Assembly: GCF_004010195.1 (NCBI RefSeq)
Contig: NC_057737.1
Location: 35,652,866-35,716,865 of the forward strand
DNA: 64,000 nt
Reading direction: 5' to 3'
From: Chiloscyllium plagiosum
Taxonomy: Eukaryota
Shown here: positions 1 to 12,774 of the stretch, one piece after another
How positions within the stretch are numbered: the first letter of the stretch is position 1
Layout of the letters: every line of letters begins with the position of its first letter
The notes under the pieces: generated by a model
Databases searched by the model: none
What the model was told of the DNA's origin: nothing
The model's input: the letters and a program-made list of their open reading frames with translations, nothing else
Translations under genes and position numbers: made by a program

Positions 1-955
1 CACAAGGCCATTTGACCTCATCCCGCTGCAGGTGATTGTTCGGCATATTCTTTCTTCTTCAGTATCTACTCTCTCCATCTGGGCCTCTCCCGAGGTCATG
101 ACCTATGACCTTTTTAATTGGGGTTTGTTCCTGTGTCTCCATAAAAGTGGGAAACAGATGTTTATACCTTTTCAGCTCAGGCGTGTATCTAGCCTAACTT
201 CATCCCCTCACAACATCTTATCTATTTGCCCATAATATCTACCATTGTTTTGCAATCACGTTTCATGCTGGCATACAATTTTAGCTAATACAAAAACAAT
301 TATATATTTCCTCCATAGTTTCCATTCTTGTTGACTCAGCTCTTGGCTGAAACAATTACACACTGGTGTGAGTTCATTTACTTTGTATCAGAAATTATTA
401 TTGCAGAATTGCAGAAGTAACATTAATTTACCTATATCCCACAAATATAATCAATTGTCAGAGTACAGACATTAGCTATTTTCAAATTACAGAGCATTAC
501 CTTCAGTGACCATACAAAATAAAGATGGTTGTGTATTAGTTGTGGAGCCAAAAGCAAATGAGAAAGTTCTATGAATAAGAATTATAAATATTTAGAGCAG
601 GTCAGTAGTGTCTGTAATGAATGAGGAGGTTCTGAAAACTGCCTTTTTCCTAATCAGATGCTGACTAACTTGCTTCACATCTCCAGCATATTCCCATTTT
701 TAATTTCAAATTTCCAAAATTTGCATTCTGATTATTTTACTAAACAATAATTTGACTGAATTAAAACAATGTTACAGCCAACAATAAATGATGAGGTGTG
801 ATCACAAGAATTTTGCAGCTACTGTCTTAATATTACAAACTCTGGCTCCTAATGTGCCCCTTTCTGTTTGACCAGAAGTGTGCCTCGTACTATTTTGACA
901 CTCGTGAAATTGCAATGAAATTCAAGTCTTAGCCCCTTGAGGAAGCCTCGTTCAT

Positions 956-2158
956 TTATTTATCATTGATACTGAACAGTAGAAAAAACCCTCCAATAAG
1001 CATAGCAGTCACTGTCATCTCCATTAGTTTCTGAATATGCCACCTCCCCTCCAGACTTTCCTTGTTTTTGCGAAGCTGCATCCTTCTCCAGCGTTGGGTC
1101 TGCTCCCTGGCCAATTGCTCCCCATAATGAGCTTTGTAGAACTCATCAAAATTGAACATCGATTTCTCGGAGCTCAATTTATCTGACGAGCTCCAAGCCT
1201 GTGATTGTTTTGACGTTGAGGTTTGGGCTTTCTCCAAAGGTTTCTTCCCGCTACGTAAATCTGCTGCTGTCAAAATTCCCCGGTCATACTTCTTCCTTAG
1301 GGTCACGCTTCCCAGCACGGAATATGCCTCATTGATTTGAGTGAACCTCAATGCTGCTTCCTCACTGCCTGCATTTCTGTCTGGATGGTAACGAAATGAC
1401 TGCTTGTAGTATGCTGATTTGATCTGGCTCTGGGTGGCACTGGGAGAGATTTTCAAAATATCGTAGTAGAGCGTGTTGCTTGCTCGAGGAAGTGGGACAG
1501 CATTATTTCTTCCAGAGTACCTGTTGCCATCTCTAAAGTAGCCGTAGGGTCTGCACTGGTGATGTACCATGGTGACAAAATGCCAGTGTCCGTTACTGTC
1601 TAGGGCTGATGCCCAGCCATTTGTGACGATTGACCGTTTAAAGCTCCAAAGGCCCTGGAGGTATTTGTGGTTCCTCAAGTGAGGGGCCAAGACCCGACAG
1701 GACAGGCAGCTGCCACGGTGAATAAACCCATTAACATGCATCATGTATAGGTCAGTATTACTGAGCTCCCTATTCTGGGAACAGAGGTGCCTTTCCAGTG
1801 GAAATGTCACACTGCCAGCTACAGGAGGGTCACTGCCAGGTGTTTGCTGTGTGCGGTGTAACTGTAGGGCGGTCGGAGCTTGTGAGAGCCGGCTCCCCTG
1901 CTCTGCTGCTCGCCGCCGCCTGGGAGTGGGCTCCAGGATCCCAGCCGCGGCTCGGCTCTGGGCGCCCGGCCTCTGCGCCACCGAGGGAGATAGCAGCAAC
2001 CGCCGCCGTCCACCGGCCCCCTGGTCAAAAACGCCGGCGGCTGCCAACCTGGATCCACCGCCCAGATTGCAGGCGCTAACAGTCAGCTTGCGGACACAGT
2101 CCCCGGGGTTCCGGTGCTGGCGGACCCTCACCGAGCGACCGGCGAAAACCAGCGCCAT
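956..2158 (-). CDS. DNAJC30: DnaJ homolog subfamily C member 30 (mitochondrial J-protein), single coding exon, up to 400 aa
   Basis: Uninterrupted ORF containing a J-domain (YYDILKISPSATQSQIKSAYYKQSFRYHPDRN...LRKKYDRG, with HPD), the DNAJC30-typical MFNFDEFYKAHYGEQL motif and a C-terminal hydrophobic segment. The first ATG is at 2158 (AAGATGGCG). The track start at 2221 is GTG. The true start is uncertain; other in-frame ATGs are at 1744, 1741 and 1570. Confidence 0.9.
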   Translation of the reverse strand: MALVFAGRSVRVRQHRNPGDCVRKLTVSACNLGGGSRLAAAGVFDQGAGGRRRLLLSPSVAQRPGAQSRAAAGILEPTPRRRRAAEQGSRLSQAPTALQLHRTQQTPGSDPPVAGSVTFPLERHLCSQNRELSNTDLYMMHVNGFIHRGSCLSCRVLAPHLRNHKYLQGLWSFKRSIVTNGWASALDSNGHWHFVTMVHHQCRPYGYFRDGNRYSGRNNAVPLPRASNTLYYDILKISPSATQSQIKSAYYKQSFRYHPDRNAGSEEAALRFTQINEAYSVLGSVTLRKKYDRGILTAADLRSGKKPLEKAQTSTSKQSQAWSSSDKLSSEKSMFNFDEFYKAHYGEQLAREQTQRWRRMQLRKNKESLEGRWHIQKLMEMTVTAMLIGGFFLLFSINDK

Positions 2159-2340
2159 CTTCACGGCCCACCTTGTAGGCGGGGGCCGTGGCTTTGACTG
2201 ACAGGCACGGCAACTAATCACAAGGCTCTATCCTCTAACCGCCGTTACATCCAGCCACTCACCGCGTCCGCACGTCAGCCTATGACAGTGACCGTTCCGT
2301 TTCGGCACCGCCCACAGGCTCCTGATTGACAGTTCCGAGA
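1850..2340. promoter_or_regulatory. CpG island / DNAJC30 promoter and 5' end
   Basis: GC- and CpG-rich stretch in an otherwise CpG-depleted window; YY1-like AAGATGGCG at the start codon; CRE/E-box-like CACGTCA near 2271. Confidence 0.7.
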
Positions 2341-2360
2341 AATCACTTGTTACTTCAACT

Positions 2361-2825
2361 CCAGAGACATCGAGATAGGGTATACAACTCGGAAACAAAC
2401 TCTTCGTGCAATTCGTCCATGCCCACCAGATAGCTTAGCCTAATCTACTCACGTTTGCCAGCATTTGGCTCATTATCCCTCTATTCCTTCCTATTCAGAT
2501 ACCCATCCAGATGCCTTTTAAACATTGTAATTGTTCCAGCCTCCACCACAGCCTCTGGCAGCTCATTCCATACACACACCACCCTCTGCATGAAAAAGTT
2601 GCCCCTTAGGTCCCTTTTAAATCTTTCCATTCTCACCTTAAAACTATGCCCTCTAATCTTGCACTTCCTCACCCCAGGGAAAGCTCCTTGTTTATTTACC
2701 CTATCCATGCCCTTCATGATTTTATTAACCTCTATCAGGGCACCCCTTAGCCTCAGACGCTCCAGGGAAAACAGCCCCAGTCTGTTCAGCCTCTCCCTAT
2801 AGCTCAAATCCTCTGACCCTGTCAA
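2361..2825 (-). mobile_element. CR1-clade LINE 3' fragment (HER1-like)
   Basis: Translation SYRERLNRLGLFSLERLRLRGALIEVNKIMKGMDRV...FFMQRVVCVWNELP is the CR1 ORF2 C-terminus. Confidence 0.85.
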
Positions 2826-3952
2826 GAGACTAACATCCAAGTCTGATTCCTCTATACGTTTTAGGCAATATTGTTGAAGGAAAACTAATTTGTTATTTTC
2901 CATTAATTTGGGAGATAAATACGTGTGAATGCATTATGTTCCCAAGATGGTTGATTTTAATCATAAACATCAAATTTACAAATAACAGAAAGTGTTGGGG
3001 GCCACTGAGCAGATCTGCAGAGAAAGTTATTAACATTGCAAGTGGATTGACTTGGTTAGAAATATTTACAAACTTAGTTTTCCATACAAAAATATTATTT
3101 GTTTTTACACAAAAATGTAGTTTTGATGAGAAGTCATAGGTCTGTAACATCAGTGGTGGAGGAACATTTGGAAAAAAAACTAAGGGAAAAAAATATTCTC
3201 CACTTGGATAGGCAAGGATTAATAATGGATAACCAGCATGGCTTATCAGGGGGAGATCACATCTGACAGGTTTGATTGAGTTTTTCAAGGAGGTGACTTC
3301 ATGTACAGATGAGGATAGTAAGGCTTTTGTCAAGTAAAACAAAGAACTATAGATGCTGGAGATTTGTTTATCAACAGAAATTGCTGGAGAACCAAAACAA
3401 AAGCAGAATTTCTGGATAAGTTTCTCTAGCAATTTCTGTTTTTGGCTTTTGACAAGGCTAAGTGGATTGACCATGCTAAATTGTCCACAGCTGTGCAAGC
3501 TATGTGCACACATGGTAAATGCAGGTTTATTGGGACAGGGTGGGGGCCTGGGTCTGGGAGGGTCAGTGTAGACTTGATGGGCCAAATGGCCTCTTCCCCC
3601 AATCTCGTGATGCTATGATTTTAGGTCTTGCATGGCGGGCTGGTAAAGATGCTAAAATCCCATGGGGTAACATGGCAAATTGTATCCAAAATTGGCTTAG
3701 TGGCAGGGTGCAGAGCTCAAAAGTTATTTCTGTGACTGGAAACCTGTGTCTAGTGGTGTACCAAGGATTCTTTGCTAAGTTCAATGCTGCATTGTACATT
3801 AATGATCGAGATATGAACATAGGTGGTATGATTAATTAGTTTTGAATGCAAGTGCAAAGAGGTTATGATGGAGGTGCATACAATGTTATTTGTGCCAAAG
3901 CTGGAGGTCTATGTGCAGTTCTGGTCAGCAAACTATAGGAAGGATAAGATTG

Positions 3953-4247
3953 TATCACAGAATCTCTACAGCATGGAAGCACGCCATTCCACCAATCCAG
4001 TCCACACCGACCCTCTGAAGAGTATCCAACCCAGACCTAACCTGCTATCCTATCTCTGTAACTCTGTATTTCCTATGGCTAATCCACCTACCCTGCACAT
4101 CTTTGGACTGTGGGAGGAAACCAGTGCACCCAGAGAAAACTCACACAGACATGGGGAGAATTTGCAAACTCCACACAGTCACCCAAAGATGTAATCGACC
4201 ACTTGTGCTGAGGCAGCAATGCTAATGACTGAGCCACTGTACTGCCC
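3953..4247 (-). mobile_element. HE1-like tRNA-derived V-SINE
   Basis: Reverse complement reads GGCAGTACAGTGGCTCAGTCATTAGCATTGCTGCCTCA...GTGGAGTTTGCA..TTCTCCCCATGTCTG, matching the other copies in the window. Confidence 0.8.
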
Positions 4248-4419
4248 CAGAGCAAGTGCAGGAAATTCACCAGGTTGTTGGGTGGTTTGGAACAATTCAG
4301 GTATGAAGAAAGACTAGACAGGTTTGAGATGTTTTCCTTAAAGCAGAGAAGGCTGAAAATGGACCTGATTGAAGTGTACAAAGTAATGAGGGGTATAGTG
4401 AGTTTAGATATGAAGAACC

Positions 4420-4684
4420 GGAGCACCCGGGTTCAATTCCCGCCTCAGGCGACTGACTGTGTGGAGTTTGCACATTCTGCGTGGGTTTCCTCCGGGTGCT
4501 CCGGTTTCCTCCCACACTCCAAAAATGTGCAGATTAGGTGAATTGGCCGTGCTAAATTGCCTGTAGTGTTAGGTGCAGGGGTAAATGTAGGGGAATGGGT
4601 CTGGGTGGGTGCGCTTCGGCGGGTCGGTGTGGACTTGTTGGGCCGAAGGGCCTGTTTCCACACTGTAAAGTAATCTAATCTAAT
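4420..4684 (+). mobile_element. HE1-like V-SINE, 5'-truncated
   Basis: B-box GGTTCAATTCC, V-domain GGGTTTCCTCCGGGTGCTCCGGTTTCCTCCCAC, and (AATCT)n tail. Confidence 0.85.
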
Positions 4685-5199
4685 CTTTTCCCTTCAGTAG
4701 AAAGGTCAGTAACTGGGTAGCACATTTTAAGGTACAGGGCAGAGGTTTAGAGTTCATGTGAGAAAAAGAACTACACACAAAGGCCAGTGAGTGTTTGGAA
4801 TTCACATTTGAAAGGATGATAGAAACAAGGATTACCAAGACTTTAAAAATTATTTGGCTGAGCACATGAAATGCCATAGCATAAAAGCCAAGTGCTGGAA
4901 AATGGTAATGGAATAGATGTTTGACTACCGCACAGCAATGATAAGCCAAAAGGCCTTTTTCCAAACTATAAAAACTCAACAAGCAAACGTGAACTCTGTT
5001 CCCCTCCACCGATGCCGACTGACTTGCTGAGTATTCCCAACACTTGCATCTGCTGTACAGTACTTTGCTTGTAAAAGTACTCAACTTTTCTGAATTGGTT
5101 TCCATTTCACTATTTTTTTTTCCTCTCTGTGAAACTCCTGAAGCCATGCCATGTTAAAAGTGCCCCACCAAAAAGAAGCATTCTTCATCCATTGCCAAG

Positions 5200-5494
<295 letters not shown>

Positions 5495-7069
5495 TGAGCC
5501 GCTCTCCGATAAATACTTTTATTGAAGGGGGAAAGACGACGCACGGGCGGGAGCAACGGAATCCGGCTGCGGAAGTGATGTGAGGGACATTTGATTGACG
5601 TTATATTCAGCCAGTCAGGAACGACGGTGACCTACGGTTCCTGTGGTAACCGCGTCTCTGGACTGACGAGGAGCTAAGGAGGCTAGACTTCCGGTTGTAT
5701 TGCAGGAACTGTGTGGGCAGTGCCAGTTTGATTCATTTGCTGAAAGTCCTACAGTGAAGTCAAATTAATAGTAGAGCAGGCCCCGTTCTGGAGCATTATT
5801 CTCTTCTAGGGGAAGAGCAGTCTGGCTCCTGTTCGGCCACCTGACAAATTCCCTCGTCCAGGAGACTTTTTCTTTTAAAACATAGTTCTAAGTACCTAGT
5901 CGTAAATGGCTTGTAGTCTTATTTAAAACTGAGGCTATTAGGTAGTCAACGGAAGTTTCTCTGAGATGTTGGTATAGCACTGTTCAAAGCATGCAGTTAA
6001 ATTCCATAAGTTCTTGTTCTTGTTCTTGTTACACTGTAGCTTGGATACAGTGGCTGCAAACTCTAAATTACCTTCAAGGACAAGTGCTGCAGAAGCCTGT
6101 GAACATCACCTGCATGTTCCCTTCCATGTCACACACCATCTTGACTTGCAACTTTATAGTTGTTCTTTCACTGTCTCTGGGATAAAATCTCAGAACTCCC
6201 AAACAGCTCTATGAGTGTCCATACACCCTCAGGACTCCAGCAGTTACATTACATATTAGATTACATTCTCTACAGTGTTGGAACAGGCCCCTTCGGCCCA
6301 ACATTTCCACACCGACCCTCGGTATCACTTTCTCTAGGACAGTAAATGCTCGTGATGCCCACATCTCAAAAAAAAACTATGGTCTTGTAAATTTTTCCAT
6401 TCCTTCTCAAAACAAATTAAAAAGGATTTGGTCTCACTGTTGCAATGTATTTTAACTTATAGTGTATTAGGAATCTAGGCCACCTGTGTTGCAACATTAG
6501 TTTTTCTCTCTCTGCCTATAGGTATCTATCTCTTACAATGGCACCAACTTGTGCTGTTGCAATCAAGCCTTATATCTTAAAGTGCCCCATGCACAATAGT
6601 GCTGTTCTTGTAAAAATGTGGGAGGTATTTGCTGTTGGCAGCAACATGGAGGCAAATTTGTATAAATTCAAACACTTCCTCCTGTCAATTAACTGAAGAA
6701 AACTGGCAGTGTAATCAGGCACAGTTTGTCCTATTCCAGTGCATTGGCTGTGTTTAACAACTGAACACAAAGTAAGACATGTTACTGTTGTAAATGCTGA
6801 AATTTGAATAGGAGGAGAAAAAGTATAGAGAGAAACAAAAGTGAGCTGCAGGGAAAGAGCTGTTCTGTTTAACTTGTCAAGAGGAATGCTGGAGACAGCT
6901 AATTCTCTGGAGGAGAGGGAACTGGCAGCAATTTAAGACCTCAGAAAGATGCAGCCTGCTATGGGCAGTGGGGAAGAAATCATTGGTGTAAGCTATGCTA
7001 CAGGAAACTGGTTCAGGACATCTTGGGAGACTTGCGTGAAGAACTGAACATTATAACTTCAGGAGAAGT

Positions 7070-7592
7070 GAACCCATTTAAATATTTATTTTATTATTGT
7101 CACATATACCTGAGTACAGTGAAATGTTTTATTTTGTGTGCAGTACAGGTAGATCATATCATGCAAAATGCATTAGGGTAATAGAACAGACTGAGGAATA
7201 CAATGTAATGGCTGCAGAGAAGACGTACAAAGAAGGGATCAACATTAAATTTAAAATTTGAGAGGTCCATTCAGAAATCTAGTAATAGCAGGGAGGAAGC
7301 TGTTTAATCTGTTGGTATGTGTGTTAAAATCTTTGTATCTTCTGCCCAATGGAAAAGTTTGGAAGAAGTTATAACTGGGGTGGGAGGAGTCTTTGATGAT
7401 GTTGGCTCCTCTCTCGAGACAATGAGAAGTATAGGTGGAGTTAGCTTGCATGATGGACTGGGATGTGTTCACAACTCTCTGTAGTTTCTTATGGTCCTGG
7501 GCAGAGCAGTTGCCGTACCAAGCTGTGATGCATCTGATAGAATGCTTTCTATGGTGCATCTATAAAAATTGGTAAGAATCTTCATGGACATG
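7070..7592 (-). mobile_element. Rex1/Babar-like non-LTR retrotransposon 3' remnant
   Basis: Translation CITAWYGNCSAQDHKKLQRVVNTSQSI...ANIIKDSSHP...GRRYK resembles Rex1-type RT C-termini. Confidence 0.7.
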
Positions 7593-8279
7593 CCTGTCTC
7601 TGTTCTATAAAGAGTGTAATTTGGAGAATGTTATATCAAATAAAAATGCAGCAGTTTGTTAAGAAACTAATAAAGGTATCTTTTTCTGTCATATATTAAT
7701 ATGAATAACAATCAGTTGTATTTAATTTATATAAAAGAATGCTGCAGGTCCTGGAAATCTGAAATTTAAAAAAAAAGAGTGTGCTGGAGAAACTGAACAC
7801 GTTTGGCAGCATCTTTGAAGTGAGAAATGTTTTGAGTTCAGTATGACTTCTTCTGAACAGATAGGAGCTGGAAAATCATGGCTTTTTGGCTCATGACAGA
7901 GGGGGAGGAGGAGCAAGTGAAACAGCTGGTGAATTTGCTCCAAAGCAGAAGATCATGGCAATGATAAGGGTGCTAGATTTGCAAAATAGTGAATGTTAGC
8001 TGTGAAAGGAAAAAAAATTAGTCCACTTTGGTGAGAATTGTATTTATTAGTTCCAGTAATTGATTGACACAGTGATTAGCACTGCTGCCCCACAGTGCCA
8101 GAATCTTGGTTTGCTTCTTACCTTGGGCAACTGTCTATGTGGAGTTTGCACATTTTCTGTGTCTGCACCAGTTTCCACTGGGTACTCTGGTTTCCTCCCA
8201 CAGCCCAAAGATGCGCATTGGCTATGCTAAAACTACCCAGTAGTTACTAGGGATGTGCAGTCTAGGTGGATTAAATTTA

Positions 8280-10920
8280 TTTCTGAAATTGTTAAACACA
8301 ATATTGAGTCCTGAAGACCATAAGCTCCCAAGGCAGAAGATGAGGTTTGTTTCTGCAGCTTGTGTTGAGCCTCACTGAAGCACTGCAGCAGGCCTGAGAC
8401 AGAAATGTTGACCAGGGAACATGATGCTTTGCTGAAGTGGAAGACATCGGGGTTACTTTAAGAGTCTGAGCATAAGTGTTCAGCAATGTAGTTTCCTAGT
8501 CTGTATTTTGTCTCCCCAGTATAGAGTAAACCAGATTGTGAGCAGATTGAATGAAGTTCAGTTAAATTGCTGTTTCCCTGGAATGTGTGTCTGGGGCATT
8601 GAAGAGTAAGGAGGAGGAGATAAATGGGCAAGCGTTGTAAGGCAAGGTGGAGTTGGGGATGTAGGGAGATGTTGGGAGTGGACCAAAGTGTCGTGAAGGA
8701 AACGGTCCCTCCGGAATGCTGACAAGGGTAGGGAGGGAAGTACTTGTCTGGTGCAGGCATTGTGCTGGAGGTGGAAATGATGGCTTATGGTCTTTGTATG
8801 AGCAGACTGGTGAGGTGTAAAGTGAAGAGAAAGGGAAACCTTATCTTTGTTGTGTGACAGGAGGAAAGGGATGAGGGCAGAAGTATGGGAAATGAGTTGG
8901 TCCTGTCAACCCATGGTGGGGGTTGTTTGGGGGTTGGGGTCCTTGGGCTGAGGAAAATAGTAGACATTTTATGAGATCCCTCCCCAGCAGAAGGTGGTAT
9001 CATCAGAACAGATGTGACAGAGAAGATGAAACTTGGAGAATGGAATGGTGTCATTACAGAAAGCAGGGTATAATCAAGGTAACTGTGGGAGTCAGTGAGT
9101 TTATAATAAATATTGGTGGCCAGGCTATCCCTGGAAATGGAAACAGAGATGAAGCGGTGTGGAATGTGGGTGCAATATTAATAATTTCTTTCCTCCAATT
9201 CTAAATGATAGAGAGAAACTGCATCAATTACGTCATTGATGTACTAGAGGATGAGTTGTGGGGAGTGATAGGCAGAATTGGGTACCTATACCTTTGACCT
9301 GAACAAGTGAGAGGAGTTAAAGGAGAAGTTGTAAAAGTGAGGATGAGCTTGGTCAGGTGGAGGGTAGTGCTGGTGGTGGGTACAGTTCAGGCCTTTTCTC
9401 AAAGAAGAAGCAGAGAACCCTCAGACAAAATTGCTGGGGAATAGTGTAGACAGCTTGAATGTGCATGGTGAAGAGCAGATGTCTGGAGCCGAGAACAATT
9501 CTTTGAAACTGACGTGAAGTATCCAACGAGTTATGGATGTAGGTGGGAAGGGACCGGACACGGGGAGTTAAAAAGTTGAGTCAAGGTAGGAAGACATAAG
9601 TTCTGTGGGGCAGGAACAAGGTTCACCAGGGCAGTTCTGTTTGTGAATTTTGAGAAGTAGGTAGAAGCAGCTGTGTAGGGTGGGGAGCTATGAGGTGTGA
9701 TGCTGTTGGGAGAAAATCTCCATATGAGATGAGATCAGTGACTGGAATGGAATTGGTGGGTCATAGTCTGAGGGAGATAGAGGAGGCATTCTAGAGCTGA
9801 TGCTCAGCCTCCACAAGGTAGAGGTTAGTATTCCAGACAAGAACAGCACTATCCTTGTCAACCAGTTTGAATTTAAAAGTCAGGGTTGGATCTGAGAGTA
9901 AAGAGAACTGTGAGTTCAGAGGGCAACCGATGTCACGTTGACTGTTTTCAATGAACGGATAAAAGGCCAGATGGAGAGGTTGAGGAGGAGGAGAGTTTTG
10001 GAGGCAGAGGAAGGAGTCTCTGGGTTGGGGAGAGGACTCCTGCTTAAGGATACAGTCCTGCAAATAATGGTGATGGAAGAAGATTTTGATGTCAGGTTGT
10101 GTCTGAAATTCATTGAGGTTGGGACACAAGCGATAAAACTAAATTCTTTGCTGGTACAGCAATGGAGAGTGGAGTGTCAGAAGGTGTGGTAAATACCAGA
10201 TAAGAGTTGGGGTTAGAGGTCAGAGGGTTTAGGTCAGTGCAGTGGTTCAGTGGTTAGCATTGCTGCTTCATAGTTCCAGGGACCTGGATTTGATTCGGGC
10301 CTTGGGCAACTGTCTGTGTGGAGTTGAACATTCTCCTTGTGTCTGTGTGAGTTTCCTCCAGGGACTCTGGTTTCCACCTCCAGAGATGTACAGGTTAGGT
10401 GAATTGGGCATGGAAAATTGCCCATAGTGTCCTGGGATGTGGAGGTTAGATGATTTGCCGATGGGAAATGAAGGGTTATATGGTAGGGATAGAATTGAAG
10501 GGAATGGAAGGGGAGGACGCTTTCAAAGCGGCATGTGTATCAATGAATTGTTGCAATTTCCATTCCTTAATATCTGAGAAGAGAAAAAGTTTCTTGTTAA
10601 AATGTTGAATGAGCTAAAGAATGCAGTGGAACTCGGGGATTGAGATAGCATGAGTTGGTGAGGATGGAGAGAGAGGTCAAGATTGTATATGTGGCAGCAC
10701 ATGGCACTGAAGGTGGATATCAGGATGTGCTGAGAACAGCTGTCTGAGGAGCATTGTACATCACAGAGATACCTCGGATGGATGTATTTGGAATCCATGT
10801 GCGGTAAGTCTGATCCTGAGGCAGTCACTGAGGAATGAATTATGGCTATATAAGAGTTTTGGTGAAAACCTTTATCAATCAGGAGGATCAAACATAGATT
10901 TCTAGCTTCCACAGTTCTTT
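8280..10920 (-). mobile_element. Decayed Penelope-like retroelement, interrupted by an HE1-like SINE at about 10235-10510
   Basis: Minus-strand fragments CSQSGLLYTGETKYRLGNYIAEHL (GIY-YIG endonuclease) and KLVDKDSAVLVWNTNLYLVEAEHQL (PLE RT N-terminal region); many stops and frameshifts. Confidence 0.75.
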
Positions 10921-12774
10921 GTTTTTAATCAACTTATTCAAATTGCTATCTTCCCAGTAAAACAATGTATTCACTTTTGTAGACAATAACAAGAGTATCT
11001 GTACTGAATCTGTTTAAAGCCTCAGAGACGGGCTAGGAATGTCAGGATTTGTAAATGGTTATATTTTAAACAGTCACTTATTTCCGATATGGAATGGAGT
11101 TGATGGTCTAAATGTTATCAATTAACATTTCATCCAGGATTTAAAGCCCATATGATTTTACATTACCATGGAGATAGGCTTTGGGAAATGAGAAGTCAAT
11201 AGGAAACCATTATAGGATCGGGTTGCAGGTTTCCCCAAGAGATTGCTGAACTTTACAGACATAGCCAGTGTTTAAGACTCTCCGAAAGAGGATGATAATT
11301 GGCCATTTACTATTATTCACTATGTGGAATGCAGGTAGCACCTCAGTTTCAGACTGAAGAGACCAAATTCATGGGAGTAAAGAACTGAGAATAGCTTTGG
11401 ACTGGTTTCTGGAGGATGAATTACCCACTTAAAAGACAGAGTAAACTAAAGCTGTGGAGATGGATTTCTGGCTGGTAATTGTTCTGCAATTAATAATGTT
11501 ATAATTAATGCAATAATGTTTAGTTGTTGCAGAGTGATTAAGTTATTTGTCCAATTATCCACAAGCTCAGGCTGGGGATCTGGATTTGATTGAAGTCACA
11601 CTATTCACTTGGTGGAATTTCAATTCAGTGCAAATGAAAGTACCAAACTATCTTCTGTCATAAAAACCCATCTAGTTCACTAATGTCCTTTAGTGAAGCA
11701 AATATGCCATCCTTGCCTGGTTAGGCCTACATGTGACTTCAGATCCATAGCTCTGCTTGCTTTCTGAAATGGCTGAGCAAACCACTCAGTTTAAGGACAA
11801 TTAGGGTTAGTTAACTATCCAGTGAGGTGACTGCTGCCCTACTCAGTGACACCCACATTCAGGGAAAGAATAAGCACAGCGCTGTCACCAGTAATGTTAG
11901 GATCACTTTGAGGTGATATATTAAGAGCATCACATAAAGCTCTTCAAAAACAAATATGTCATGGAACCTTTTATATCCAGGTGACCAGGAAAACGTTTTC
12001 CTCTTGAATTTGTTTTCCCTTTACCAATGTACTTTTGCACTGTACTAAACCACCTGCTTAGATTATTTGCATAACACTAAATTAGAGCTTGACTCCTTGA
12101 TTTTATAAATCAAATTAAAATGGTTTCACTGAATCAAACTGATACAAAGTGTTCTATTCAGGTTTAACAATGTAGAAATAAGGTAGGCCATTTAGCTACC
12201 TACTTTGTTCTTTCATTCTATGAGATTGTACCTGACCTGCAACCTGCTCCTTATAGCTGTCTCTGTCCCATACTCCTTAATACCATTGACTTAATGTATT
12301 AATCTCAGTTATAAAATTAGCAATTGAATTAACATTAATTGCTGTTTGTGGAGGTGAATTTCAGACTTCCATCAATCTTTGCATAAAGAAATGTTGTCTG
12401 ATTTAATTGCTGACATGTTTGTCTCTAATATTTAGATCATGTTCCCTATTCTGAGGTTTTTCAGTGAGTGGAAATGGGGTACATCAGCAGAAACTATCTG
12501 TACTTCTAGTATACTAGATTTCAATCAAATCACCCTTCTAAATTTCAGAAAAACAATCACAGGTTGTTTAATCTCTCCTCACAGCTAAATTCAATTATTA
12601 TTCTGGTAACCCTATACTTGACCAAGTCTGAGGTCAGTAAATCCTTCTGAAGGTGTGGTGCTCAAAATCTACAACTATCAGGATTCCAGGAATTTAATCA
12701 GGGTTTTGTATAGCTGAAGCATGATTTCTTCTTCCTTGTATTCTACTCCAATATCTATCTGCAATATATTTTTA

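Noticed and set aside
1743-2201. 152-aa plus-strand ORF and other overlapping ORFs antisense to DNAJC30
   Set aside because: Shadow ORFs in a GC-rich CpG island with no recognisable motifs.
2893-3585. 230-aa minus-strand ORF
   Set aside because: Patchwork of SINE and CR1 antisense fragments and AT-rich sequence.
4680-5147. 155-aa minus-strand ORF starting MASGVSQRGKK, divergent from BCL7B (candidate BUD23 or other neighbour)
   Set aside because: No similarity to BUD23 or TBL2 N-termini, and it runs directly into SINE/LINE remnants.
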